Assembly (NCBI RefSeq): GCF_963921235.1 | Contig: NC_086097.1 | Coordinates: 153,080,001 to 153,144,000, forward strand | Origin: Mobula hypostoma | Taxonomy: Eukaryota | Reading direction: 5' to 3' | DNA: 64,000 nucleotides | Shown: positions 35,241-48,299 of the stretch, in pieces | How the letters are laid out: every line of letters starts with the position of its first letter | How positions within the stretch are numbered: position 1 is the first letter of the stretch | Position numbers and translations under genes: made by a program | Notes under the pieces: model-generated | The model's database searches: none | What the model was told of the DNA's origin: nothing | The model's input: only the letters and a program-made list of their open reading frames with translations

Positions 35241-38029
35241 TATAAATTGTCGAGTAGAGTCAGGTGGAAACGTGGCAGACAGGGTATGTATTTTTAATTT
35301 GACATCCTCCCTCTACCAACAGTGCATTTTGCAGGCACATACAAGGAACACCAAAATGTTTTGTTTTTTACATCATATGTATTACTGACATTCCCTTCTG
35401 TTATCTTCTCCTCCCCTTTCCCCATTTTCTGCATCTTATAACCATGTTATAATCAATCGTTTCCCAAATCTGACTATTCCACAAATAGGTCTCTCCAAAT
35501 ATGCTGACTGATTTAAAATATTTTCTGTTAAACTTCCAATCGGAGTGTCCAGACCACTTAAAGGAAAGTGTTTATTCCTGTAATAAAAATGAAAAACGCT
35601 GGAAGTATTAAGTAGATCAAGCAGGATCTGTGAATCAAAAAACAGAGATGACATATCCGATCAATAACCATTCATCAAACCCATTTGCTTTTGGATGGTT
35701 GATGAACATTTTGAAGAGGGAGTTGCAGGATTTTTATGCTATGTGCCAAAGTGCCTGATGGATATGATAAGGCGAATAAGGTCATTTTCCCTTATCATGT
35801 TATTTTGCCATTTGTTTTCAATCTATTTTCTCTGGTTAAAATCTCACTTCCAATTTCTCTCTGTCTTCTCGATAAAATTGGTCACATTGAATGATGGGGC
35901 AGGCTTCAATGGCTCCATGACTTGTGCCTATTTCTATATTAATATGTTATTACACTTTTATAGCTTCTTTCAAAGCTGGGCATCCTAACCACAGGGAACA
36001 AAAAAGAAAAATTGGAAACATTCAAAATTTGAAATATTTATATACAAAATGATAGAAAACTCAATGAGTCACTCAGTATCGGAGAGAGAGAAACTGTTAG
36101 GATTAAGATTCCAGATGAATGGCATTTAATTTTATTAGAACTTAGAGCATTTTAGGATCATAACTCAGGCAAGTATATCTTGCTTTTGAGTGAAACTTTC
36201 TTAAATCTATGCAGTAGGATTAGTATGTTAGGTATAAATTGAGATAGAATGCTTAGAATGTTATATATTCCGATGCATAAAATCATTCATATTTAATTTC
36301 CATGCTTGAATTAAACATTCTGTTTAACTCTCAATCGCTTTGATATTAATAGGGTTAAATAAATTAGATTGCTTGATGGGGGAAGAGATCTTACATGACA
36401 ATGGATGAGAAAAGTAGAAGCCATTTGAATACAGCATCCAGAAGCAGCACTTCATGAAACGATGCTTGAGTATCCTTGCAGAGTGAAACGGACAGGAGCC
36501 AAACAGCAAGAAAATGTCTCTGAGACTGAGACTTTAAGGCCTCTTGTTTATGAATACTACGATGGAAAGGAGAACATTTCTCAAATGAAAAAGAGACGAA
36601 AAGAGAGAGAGAGATACAGAGACAGCAAGAGAAAGGAATAGAAACATTATTTGTGGAGTTCTATGTCTCTTTTTCTCCTTTGAATGGTTATACTGCAGTC
36701 ACACAATCATAGAATAACGGGACAGAAGAAGCCCACTGACATCTGTCTCACCACTTCCCCTTTTCTCTTTATACTGGTTACTTTCCCTCTTCACACTAAT
36801 CTCCACTCAGTCCTAATGCAGGGTTTCGACCCAAAAAGTCACCCAGTGCTGCTTACCGGCTGAGTTCCTCCAGCAGATCACTCCTTATTACAGATAAAAA
36901 GCTGTTCACTCCACCAGTCCTCTGTGATTTGGAACCATCATGTCACATCATACTGTTTTCCTCCATAAACCTGTAAATTAGTTCCCATCAAATATATAAC
37001 CAACTGACTTAAAAAAATTCCATTGGAATCTAATTTTACTCTTCTTTTTAATTGATACATTCCAGTTATTAATACATTCTTTTTTTTACTGAATTCCCTC
37101 TTGTCCTTTCTGCTATTGATTTTAAGTCTGTGACAGAAGAGTTCTTTCACGCTTTCTCCATTGAAACCTTCACAATACCGAGTACCTTTATTAGGCCTTC
37201 AGTTAACGCTGTCTTCTGAAGGAAAATTATCCCCATGTGCTTATTTATCTTCCACGCTATTATCTGGATAAATGTTTCAGGGCTCTGAGTCATTAAGGTA
37301 GGATAAATGTAAATGGATGCGTGATGGTCAGTGCAGATTCAGTGCGCCAAGGGACCGGTCTCTGAGCTGTATCTGTATGTCTCTATGAACTCTGACCTAA
37401 TTCATTTATAATTTACTTGAGTTCTACAAGTAACTTATACAGATTTAACATTACATCTTTAATTTTGTACTCAGTTGCTTCATTTACAAAACCAAGTTTT
37501 CCCTTCACTTGCTTCATCATCTCATCAACTTTCTAAGACTTGAAAATACAGCATGTACGTGCATCTTCTGGCTAAGACTACATAGAAACATCCAAACATG
37601 AATGAGGAGCGGTGGTAGTCCACCCAGCTCACTTCACCATCCAATAAGATCATGACTGAATTTATAATTGTAAATGTGTTCCCATCTATTCCTGGTAACC
37701 CTTCACTCTCTTGTTTAATAAGTATCTATCCACCTGTGCTTTATAAGCATTCATGTGCACTTTTTGAGAAAAAAAAAGAGTTCCAAAAACTTGACCTATT
37801 GAGTAAAAATATCGCCTCCTCTCTTTCTTAAGTAGGTGATCCTTTTTTTTAACAAGTGATTCTTCATTTTAATTTTTTTAAGTGGCTCCCATTTTTACAT
37901 TTCTATATTATTGCATCTGAAATGAATCATTTCACATCTACAGATGTTAAATTGTACCTAACATCTATCTAGTCACTTTATCAATCTTATACCCGTTAAG
38001 TTGTATCTAACATCAATCAAGAACAGGAA

Positions 38030-38510
38030 GGATGGATGTGGATACCATAGAGAAAGTGCAGAGGAGGATGTTGCCTGCATTGGGGGGGAGGGGTCGTACT
38101 TTACCTGAATAGGTTGAGTATACATGACCTTTTCTCCTTGGAGCGACAGAGGATGAGAGGTGACCTGAGAGAGGTGTATAAGATGATGAGAGGCATTGAT
38201 TGTGTGGATAGTCAGAGGCTTTTTCTGGGGCTGAACTGGGCATAGTTTTAATCTGTTTGGAAATAGGTACTGAGGGGATGCCAGGGCTAAGTTTTTCACA
38301 CAGAGAATGGTGGGTGCGTAGAATGCACTGCTGGCGGTGGTGGCGGAAGCGGATACAATAGGGTCTTTTAGGAGCCTCTTAGATAGGTACGTGGAGCTCA
38401 GAAAAGGAGGGCTATGCGCTAGGGAAATTCTGATCTGTTTCTAGAGTAGGTTACATGGTTGGCACAACCAAAGGGCCAGTAATGTGCTACTATGATCTAC
38501 GTTCTATGTA
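38030..38510 (+). mobile_element. CR1 3' fragment
   Basis: ggatgagaggtgacctg..gtgtataagatgatgagaggc..gtcagaggcttttt matches 32680-32760. Confidence 0.85.
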
Positions 38511-39261
38511 CAACTAATCAATCTGAAATTTGAGTTGATTAAATTTCGGATTATTTTTTTATTTTTGTACAGGATCATCTAATAACAAAAATATCTATTC
38601 AAGATTTGTTGGAGGTTTCTGAGTTTAGATAAGATAAATGGAGAAAAGCTGGTATTTATCAGTGGACCTTCACGATATGTGGACTCAGATTTGAAAAGAG
38701 AAGCAAAAGCCAAAGGAGTTATGAGGAACATCTTTTTTTACACAGACATTAATTTTGAATTAGAACTGACTGCTGTAATGGTGTCCCGTCAGAAGTCTTT
38801 TAAAAGGGAATCGGACAGAAAAACTTGAAGCAAAATAATTTTGAGATCTATGAAAAAATAGGAAAACAGAGCAGATGGGATTTATTTGTGAATGCTTAGT
38901 AAAATGGATAATTTATTTTTGTGGTATAATAATTTTGTGGTTCAACCTTTGATTTCTATCTCTAATTATCAACTTGAATTGCAAATGTTTTTTTTAAAGT
39001 ATATGCTTTTATTTTTTAACAATGACTGGAACGTGCCACTCTTGAGTCTATATACAGAAGTACTGTACATAACTGCACAACCTCTAATAACCTACAAAGC
39101 TGCTTCAGTAAAGGAAATAATCAGGTTATGCAAACATGATTTTCCTTAGTCAAATCCATCTTAATTGTTCATTATGAATCTTTGCTTCTTCAAATAAAGA
39201 TTTTTGTTTCCTTAACATAATTTATGACATAATAGTTTTACCAACAGTAACATCCCACAGT

Positions 39262-39485
39262 TGTCTCTAAGGAGATTGTACATTCTTCCTGTGACTATAT
39301 GGGTTTCCTCTGGGTACTCCGGTTTCCTCCCACAGTCCAAAGATATACTGGTGGGTTAATTTGTTATTGTAAATTGTCCCGTGATTAGGCTAGGGTTAAA
39401 TCAGAGATTGCTGTGCAGTGCGGATTGAAGAGCCAGAAGGGCCTACTTCGCGCTGTATGTCAATAAATTAATTAATTCAATTCAT
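39262..39485 (+). mobile_element. V-domain (HE1-like) SINE, partial
   Basis: gggtttcctctgggtactccggtttcctcccacagtccaaaga core; (attca) tail. Confidence 0.7.
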
Positions 39486-39976
39486 TGACTTGCTGATATC
39501 AAACATTTCCACTTCTATTTTATAAATAGAAGTGCTAAAATATTTGCACTCCTTCATTCCTGTGCCTGCAAAGAAATGGAAGTTTGTGGATCAAGCATCC
39601 ATTATTTCCACCTTTAATTCATCAACTACCTGGATTGAATTATCCTTAGTATTAAAATCAATATTCCAATATTACTGATATTAAGTTTAGAGAGAAAAAT
39701 ATAAAGCCTTTGTCTATGCCTTTTGCCTTCAAAGGAAAATTTCCTGTCAGATCCATTAATCCTTTACCTATTCTGACCTTAATTTTGGTTAGGTAACAGA
39801 TCTAAGTTTGAAACTGATGCCTATTTAGAATTATTTCTTTTTTCTGGAGTAAAACCTGATATTAACCATTTGCACACTCTTCTGTGCTGCTATAGAAATT
39901 TGACATCCACTTCTGGTCATTCCATCATCCAACTTCTGCAATAGAGATGCATTATTCCCCCTATATGCTCCTTTTA

Positions 39977-42890
39977 CATAGAAACATTGAAACATAGAAA
40001 CAAACATAGAAAATAGGTGCAGGAGTAGGCCATTCGGCCCTTCGAGCCTGCACCGCCATTCAATAATAGACAATAGTCAACAGACAATAGGTGCAGAAGT
40101 AGACCATTCGGCCCTTTGAGCCTGCACCGCCATTCTGAGATCATGGCTGATCATCTACTATCAATACCCGGTTCCTGCCTTGTCCCCATAACCCCTGATT
40201 CCCCTATCCATAAGATACCTATCTAGCTCCTTCTTGAAAGCATCCAGAGAATTGGCCTCCACTGCCTTCTGAGGCAACGCGTTCCACACCTCCACAACTC
40301 TCTGGGAGAAGAAGTTCCTCCTCAACTCTGTCCTAAATGACCTACTCCTTATTCTTAAACCATGCCCCCTGGTACTGGACTCTCCCAGCATCTGGAAAGT
40401 ATTTCCTGCCTCTATCTTGTCCAATCCCTCAATAAACTTATATGTCTCAATCAGATCCCCCCTCAATCTCCTTAATTCCAGCGTGTACAAGCCCAGTCTC
40501 TCTAACCTCTCTGCGTAAGACAGTCCGGACATCCCAGGAAATAACCTAGTGAACCTACGCTGCACCTCCTCCACAGCCAGGATGTCCTTCCTTAACCCTG
40601 GAGACCAAAACTGCACACAATACTCCAGGTGTGGTCTCACCAGGGCCCTGTACAAATGCAAAAGGATTTCCTTGCTCTTGCACTCAATTCCCTTTGTAAT
40701 AAAGGCCAACATTCCATTAGCCTTCTTCACTGCCTGCTGCACTTGCTCATTCACCTTCAGAGACTGATGAACAAGTACTCCTAGATCTCTTTGTATTTCT
40801 CCCTTACCTAACTCCACACCATTCAGATAATAATCTGCCATCTTGTTCTTGCTCCCAAAGTGAATAACCTCACACTTATTCACATTAAACGCCACCTGCC
40901 AAGTTTCTGCCCACTCACCCAGCCTATCCAAGTCACCTTGAATCCTCCTAACATCCTCATCGCATGTCACACTGCCACCCAGCTTAGTATCATCAGCAAA
41001 CTTGCTGATGTTATTCACAATGCCTTCCTCTAAATCATTGACGTAAATCGTAAATAGCTGTGGTCCCAATACCGAGCCCTGTGGCACCCCACTAGTCACC
41101 ACCTGCCATTCCAAGAAACACCTATTCATTGCTACCCTTTGCTTTCTATCTGCCAACCAGTTTTCTATCCATGTCAATGTCCTCCCCCCAATGCCATGAG
41201 CTCTGATTTTACCCACCAATTTCCTATGTGGTACCTTATCAAATGCCTTCTGAAAGTCAAGGTACACCACATCCACTGGATCTCCCACATCTACCTTCCT
41301 GGTTACATCCTCGAAAAACTCCAATACATTAGTCAAGCATGATTTGCCCTTGGTAAATCCATGCTGGCTCGGCCCAATCTTATCACTGCTATCAAGATAT
41401 GCTGCTATTTCATCTTTAATAATGGACTCTAGCATCTTCCCCACTACTGATGTTAGGCTAACAGGGTGATAGTTCTCTGTTTTCTCCCTCCCTCCTTTCT
41501 TAAAAAGTGGGATAACATTAGCCACTTGCCAATCCTCAGGAACTGATCCTGAATCTAAGGAACATTGGAAAATGATCACCAATGCATCCGCAATTTCCAG
41601 AGCCACCTCCTTTAGTACCCTAGGATGCAGATCATCTGGACCTGGGGATTTGTTAGCCTTCAGTCCCATCAGTCTACTCATCACTGTTTCCTTCCCAATG
41701 TCAATCTGTTTCAGTTCCTCTGTTACCCTATGTCCTTGGCCCATCCATACATCTGGGAGATTGCTTGTGTCTTCCCTAGTGAAGACAGATCCAAAGTACT
41801 TATTAAATTCGTCTGCCATTTCTCTGTTTCCCATAACAATTTCTCCCAATTCATTCTTCAGGGGCCCAACATTGTTCTTAACTATCTTCCTTCTCTTCAC
41901 ATAACTAAAAAAAACTTCTGCTATCCTCCTTTATATTCCTAGCTAGCTTGTGTTCATACCTCATTTTTTCTCCCCGTATTGCATTTTTAGTTAAGTTCTG
42001 TTGCTCCTTAAAAATTTCCCAATCATCCATCTTCCCACTCACCTTAGCTCTGTTATACGTCTTTTTTAATGCTATGCTATCTCTGACTTCCTTTGTCAAC
42101 CACTGTGGCCACTTTCCCCCCTTTGAATCCTTCCTTCTCCGTGGGATGAAATGATTTTGCACCTTGTGCACTATTCCCAAGAATACCTGCCATTGCTGTT
42201 CCACTGTCTTTTCTGTTAGGATATCCGACCAGTCAACTTTGGCCAGCAACTCCCTCATGGCTCCATAGTCTCCTTTGTTCAACTGCAATACTGACACTTC
42301 TGATCTGCCCTTATCCCTCTCAACTTGCAGATAAAAACTTATCATATTATGGTCACTACCTCCTAATGGCTCCTTTACTTCAAAATCACTTATCAAATCC
42401 TGTTCATTGCACAACACTAAATCCAGAATAGCCTTATCCCTGGTCGGCTCTCGTACAAGCTGCTCCAAAAATGCATCCCGTAGGCACTCTACAAACTCCC
42501 TATCCTGGGGTCCAGTACCAACCTTATTTTCCCAGTTCACCTGCATGTTGAAATCCCCCATAACTACTGCGACATTTCCTTTGCCACATGCCATTGTTAA
42601 CTCCCTATTCAACTTGCACCCAATATTCATGCTACTGTTTGGGGGCCTGTAGATAACACCTATTAGGGTCTTTTTGCCCTTACTGTTCCTCAGTTCTATC
42701 CACACTGACTCTACTTCTCCTGATTCTATGTCCCCCCTTGCAAGGGACTGAATCTCATTCCTCACCAACAGGGCCACCCCACTCCCTCTGCCCACCTTTC
42801 TGCCCCTTCGATAGCACGTATACCCTTGTACATTCAATTCCCAGGTCTGATCTCCCTGCAGCCATGTCTCCGTTATACCATGTCTCCGTT
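39977..42890 (-). mobile_element. Young CR1 LINE with near-complete ORF2 (APE + RT), 5'-truncated
   Basis: APE: GITETWL, GVIYRPP, MGDFN, GGSDH; RT: LDFQKAFDKVPH, GVPQGSVLGP, KFADDTK; one frameshift at the A8 run 41907-41914. Confidence 0.97.
40161..42880 (-). pseudogene. CR1 ORF2 (endonuclease/reverse transcriptase), one frameshift, N-terminus missing
   Basis: ORFs 41905-43047 and 40161-41900 join as ..SRSFFSYVKRR.. if one T is removed; CR1 similarity starts at GITETW. Confidence 0.9.
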
Positions 42891-43329
42891 TTGGGATAAT
42901 GTTGAGGAGTCTGAGCCAAGTTTTCTTATGAATCTCATTAACAGAGATTCCAACCAACTGTCTATCACTACTGTATTGGTTGAGGTTGTTGTACTGGTTA
43001 TTTAGGGATCTAAGTGTGCTTGATCCGTCTGACCACAAAGTATTCACATCCCTTTCTATTTAGGCATTTAAGTGAGCTTCTTCTAAACCTTTTTTTCTGG
43101 ATTCTGTTAGTTTAATGTGCTTAAGCCCTAAATCATTCATCATGGATTTACATTCCTTCAGGAAGAACATCTTCAGTCAGTAAAGTAACTCCATGATGCT
43201 TAGCCATTTTTCTCTAGAAACTGCCAGACCACCTGGTCACCAGTACCCAAATCTGATTCACAAGCAGTCTTTTGATCTACAAGCACAGAACATCACAATT
43301 TCTCACAGCAAGTTTGAAAACACACAATG

Positions 43330-44400
43330 CTTACTCATGGCACCTAGGCACTCTTAAGTTTTAAAACTCACCAACTTGTATACACCATACCTTTTGTAAT
43401 AAAGTCTGATATTTCATTAGCCTCACTGATTACTTGCTGTCCCTCCATGGTTATTGATTGTGTTTTTTTTGTTGTATCCCCTGAGATGGCTTTATATCAC
43501 AACTTTTGAGTCTCACATATTAAATATTAATCTGCTTTGTCATTCTTGCCTCTAAAGTAGATAACCTCACTTTTTATCCATATTATCCATCTGCCAACTT
43601 CTTGGTCCTTCAATATCCCTTCGCAGGTTGTAAGTGTTCTTCTCAAAACTTGCTACTCCACCTATTTTGCACTTTCAGCAAATCTATCAAAAATCCCCCA
43701 GTCTGTTTATCCAATTCAACAATATATACAGTATTAGAAATACTTGAGATCCTGACAATGGCTCCTATGCTCCTATGATTACTGATTGCCAATCCATAAA
43801 TGACACCTTCAAGTTTGTGTCTCTATATAATTTAAAGTTTTCTTTACATTCCCATTTGACATCTTGTCTGTATGTGAACATTTCCATCCATGAGTTGCCT
43901 GCAATGTTAAATGTTCCAGTGGAAATAAAATAGGGGCAGATGCCTATGGTTAAGCTATTTCTCCACCATTGCCTTTATGTGTATCCACCTAACATTATAT
44001 AGATCATCCCAGCCTCACATTTTAAAATGATTACTTCACTGGCATAGATTAACACTCAAAGGGTTTCATCAATTTCATCCTCAATTCCATCTTCCTTGAG
44101 CCTAATTATCTAACAATATTCTTTCATTTTTCATGATGTAGCTCGTCTGGCTCTGAGCTACTTCAGATTTTACTCCTCATGATATACTCATCTATAGTTA
44201 AGATTGATGGGACATATTTATTAAATACTTCAGACAGCTTTTTTCCATCATTTACAAATTAATCACACTCTGCTCTTTGCAGTGCCTGATTACTTTTAAT
44301 CATTTTCTGCTCTTTTCCATGTTTTTGAACTATTTTCATCATTATCCTTTCAGCTTACCTTATCCTGCTGTTAAATTCAATACTTCCATTTTTACTCGTT
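43330..44400 (-). mobile_element. Very old CR1-like RT remnant
   Basis: Patchy similarity to the minus-strand CR1 at 40.7-41.9 kb (e.g. ccatctgccaac, cctattttgcactttcagcaaat). Confidence 0.45.
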
Positions 44401-44784
44401 ATTTTCATTGCCCTCTTCAGTTTTATTTCATTTATATCAGCTTATGAGTCCTTTTGAAAATGAAAGCATTTATGCTAAAATTTTCTAATGTCTTTTAGTA
44501 AACAAGCTCCTGATAGTCTGCATGCAAATTTATGTCTCACCATTTGTCAATACCTTCATATTTTTACAATATCTCTCTTAGTCCAATCCAATATTTTTCT
44601 TTTGCTTTGACTATTTTTAACTTCATCACACTTTATTTGTTTGTAAAATGCATACTCACATTTATCTTAACTATATAATCATTTTTATTAGTCATGGAAG
44701 AATTTGGGTTAAATCCATTTATTTCTCTGTCTACTCCCATTATTCTAAAAATGTAAGTTCTCTTTGAATTTAAACTCTTTGATT

Positions 44785-45365
44785 TTAAGAGCCGAGAGGT
44801 AATGTTGCAGCTATATAGGACGTTGGTTGGACCCTAGTTGGAGTACTGTGCTCATTTCTGGTCGCCTCACTATAGGAAAGCATAGAAAGGGTGCAGAGGA
44901 GAATTACAAGGATGTTGTCTGGATTGGGGAGCATGCCTTATGAGAATAGGTTGAGTAAACCTGGCCTTTTCTCCTTGGAGTGACGGAGGATGAGAGGTGA
45001 CCTGATAGAGGTGTACAAGATAATGAGAGGCATTGATCATGTGGATAGTCAGAGTCTTTTTCCCAGGGCTGAAATGGCTATCATGAGAGGGCATAGTTTT
45101 AAGGTGTTTGGAAGCAGGTACAGAGGAAATGTGGTGGTCAGTTTTTTTTACACAAAGAGTGGTGAGTGCATGGAATGGGCTGCTGGTGACGGTCGTGGAG
45201 GCAGAAACAATAGGGTCTTTTAAGAGACTCCTGGATGGCTACATGAAGCTTAGAAAAATAGAGGGCTATGGGTAAGCCTAAGTAGTTCTAAGTTCAGGTA
45301 TGTTCGGCACAGCTTTGTGGGCCAAAGGGCCTGTATTGTGCTGTAGGTTTTCTATGTTTCTATGT
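44785..45365 (+). mobile_element. CR1 3' fragment
   Basis: MRGDLIEVYKIMRGIDHVDSQSLFPRAEM..GHSFKV; (tttctatg)n tail. Confidence 0.9.
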
Positions 45366-47134
45366 AAATTAAAATCCATGAGAATTTTTTAAATTCTCTA
45401 TCTCTGTAAAATCTGTAGCAGCAAAGAAACGGCAAGACATATCGAAAGGATGTCTTTTATTAAGGAAGGATCCTAACAGACCATCTCTTTGGGGTTAAAT
45501 GAAGGGAACTGTTGTTTTCACATGGCCTTTCATTCCATAACAAAATAACAATTGCCCTTAATTCTCAACCATTTTGTTTTTATTTGTCTCATCCCATGTC
45601 ATTTCTTGTTGTCAACTATCCCTTTCTTTGTAGAAATATCGGAAATTAGAAATTGACGTGGAGAAATCTTCCAGTGCCCCCACTTTCCATTTCTATTCAC
45701 TCAGCAGTGATTCTCTGGGGACACAGTAGTGAAATCTCATTCAACCAACCGATCAAAATTTCCTGTACTTTCTTCTGTAATGTGACTTGTTCTTTTATCT
45801 TCAAAATACTATTTTATGAGTGTAGCTCATGGAATAAGCTCAGCAATGCTTCGTGAAGTTACTGCCTTTCAGAAGTGATCTTTTGTAGGAGTAATCCATG
45901 CATATAAGCCATCAAATTTGGATTTATTCACCTCCTAACACAAAGTGCATGAAGTATCCTTCAAGTCTCTATTTTAAGTTTTATATCCAATATATTCAAA
46001 AAAGTAATGGATAGCTAACAGCTTAGATTAATGACTGAGGCTTGCAGTGGTCTGTGGCACAAGCTCTACAGTCTAGTTCAGTGACCTCTGCACAGGTAAG
46101 ATCTCAAACAAAGCACTTCCTTGCACTATTTAGTACCATATAAGGTATTTCCCTATGACAAAAATTTGAATAATGTTTGCCTCATCTCTAAAGGAAATAT
46201 CTGTCTTCTTATGCACTATTTACTTACTTTGTAATTTATAGTAATTTTATATATTTGCACTATAAAGCTGCTACTAATCAACAGATTACCCATCGTCTAA
46301 GACAGCGATAAAAAACCTGTTCCTGATTCCAATCTACCTCAAGGAATTTCAGATTGGGATCTTCTCATGGAAGAGTCTTCAGTTTTCAGATTTATTGCAC
46401 TTTGTCAGAGGATTTTTGTACTTACTGTTTGTTTGTTAATTCTGTCACTGTTTAACAATAAAAACCTAACTTGGTTGACTTGATAGAAATAAGTAGGTTA
46501 AAAAGATTGGGTCATTCATTTACCAGTAGAACCCATCTTAAAAATTATTCTATTTACATTCCACCGCAGAATTCACCAATATGCCTCCAGCTGAAAATTC
46601 CTGTTACTCAGTTCCTGAATCTTTGTTTCAATATGGGGTATTGAGGTGTGGGAACTCTGGATCACCATGATACTTCAGCTACCTCAATAGCTACTTCCAC
46701 CCCACCCACTCCTTAACTGCAACACCAATTTAATCTTTCCTAGAAAAGCTAAAACTCTTTACTTCTTAATGTTGTGGACAAGTTAAGCCTGGCATATTGA
46801 AACTAGTGAGGGTAGTTGATGTGAGGAACTGGCTAGGAAATAGAAGTTTACTATGTAGAATAGTGAACTTTGCTTTGTGATAATCTGAAAAAAAATATCT
46901 TCTACTTCCTCACTAGGTTCTGTAGCACAATAATGACTTCAGCAAAAATTGATATGAACCATTTTGGTGGAGGATTCCTGTTCAGAAAAAGTTAATCTGA
47001 CAAACTTTTTGACAATGGAATATCTGACTGGATCACTGTGGATTTGAATCCAGGTGGATCTTTCAGTATACAATGGGTAGCAACAGACCAAAGTTGTTTT
47101 AGTTCATCTGGTTGCCTTATGATTAATGACAATT

Positions 47135-48028
47135 AAGTTCAAGGCCTAAGGTACATTTATTATCATTTAGTATGCAGTATGTGACTCTGAGATTCATCTT
47201 CTCCAGATAGCCATGAAACAAAGAAAACCATGGTAGTCATTCGAGGAAAAAGATCAAACTTTCCTCCCATGTGCAAAAAAATCACACAAACAGCAAAAAA
47301 AAATCAACTCACCCCTCATGTGCAAAAAATAAATCATGCAGATGGCAACAGAAGCATCAAAACCCAACCCACCCCCCACAAAAAACAAACAAATCGCAGA
47401 AATGGCAACAAGAAAATCAAACCTTAAACCCCATACCTGTCTCACACAAATGACGACGAGAAAATGGGTGAAAACACAGAATGCAGAACATTAAATTGAA
47501 AGAGTCCAGGAGAATTACAGTCCAATTCATAAATCACAGACCCAGAACTTCTGTTCCATCCTCAGACAGCATTGAGGGAGAGAGAGAGAGAGAGACCATT
47601 CAAATGCAGAAGCCTTCCTTCTGGAGCAACAAGGAGGAGACCATTACACGTAGACGCCTTCCTTCAGCAGCTGCGAGTGAGGGGCTGCTAGATGGCACTG
47701 AACACTCACTCGCCTTCCACATTTGCCTCGATGTTTCAATCTTCCTGAATCAGTGAGATTGGAGGAAAATGGAGTTGATCATTGGCTTGCATCCCAACTC
47801 TCAGCTTCTAGGCCCCATGGCCAATTGCCCCCTGGAATCTTCACAGAGACAGCAAAGTGCCTGATCACTCAATCAATCACCAAACTGTAGATCACAGGCT
47901 GTAACAGTGCCAGGAACGTATTTAAGGTAAAAGGAACATATAAAAGAAGTGAAAGAAACAATTGTGTGGACTATCTAGAAGATATCATACAAGGTAGTGT
48001 CGTTCGCTGGCGCCATCTTGATCGGAAC
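47135..48028 (-). mobile_element. Apparently full-length non-autonomous retroposon
   Basis: Minus strand starts GTTCCGATCAAGATGGCGCC and ends AATAAATGTACCTT..TTGAACTT; 3' end similar to the 5880 and 52961 elements. Confidence 0.6.
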
Positions 48029-48299
48029 TGCTGACATGCAATAGCAATCACTCTCTATTGATTAGTCATCAACTAGAAGTTTTACTAGAAAAATTTCACT
48101 GATGGAGGCCTTTGTCAACAATTGTTCAAGAGGAGACTTCTGATTAGAATATACAGTCTGAGTCCAATATTACTATTCTACTGTATCCTAACATGTCACT
48201 TTTCGAAATTAACTTATCTAATATGCATTGAAATGTACCAGTACAGATTGATTCTACATTCTACATATGGATAGAGTTGGATGCTCATCAGCTCTGGCA

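Noticed and set aside
41900..41920. Programmed ribosomal frameshift at U-UUU-UUA between the APE and RT ORFs
   Set aside because: Restoring the frame needs +1, not -1, and CR1 ORF2 is normally a single frame; a homopolymer indel is simpler.
42890..43047. N-terminal extension of the 380-aa ORF as a real protein start
   Set aside because: It lies outside the CR1 truncation point and is chance read-through from flanking DNA.
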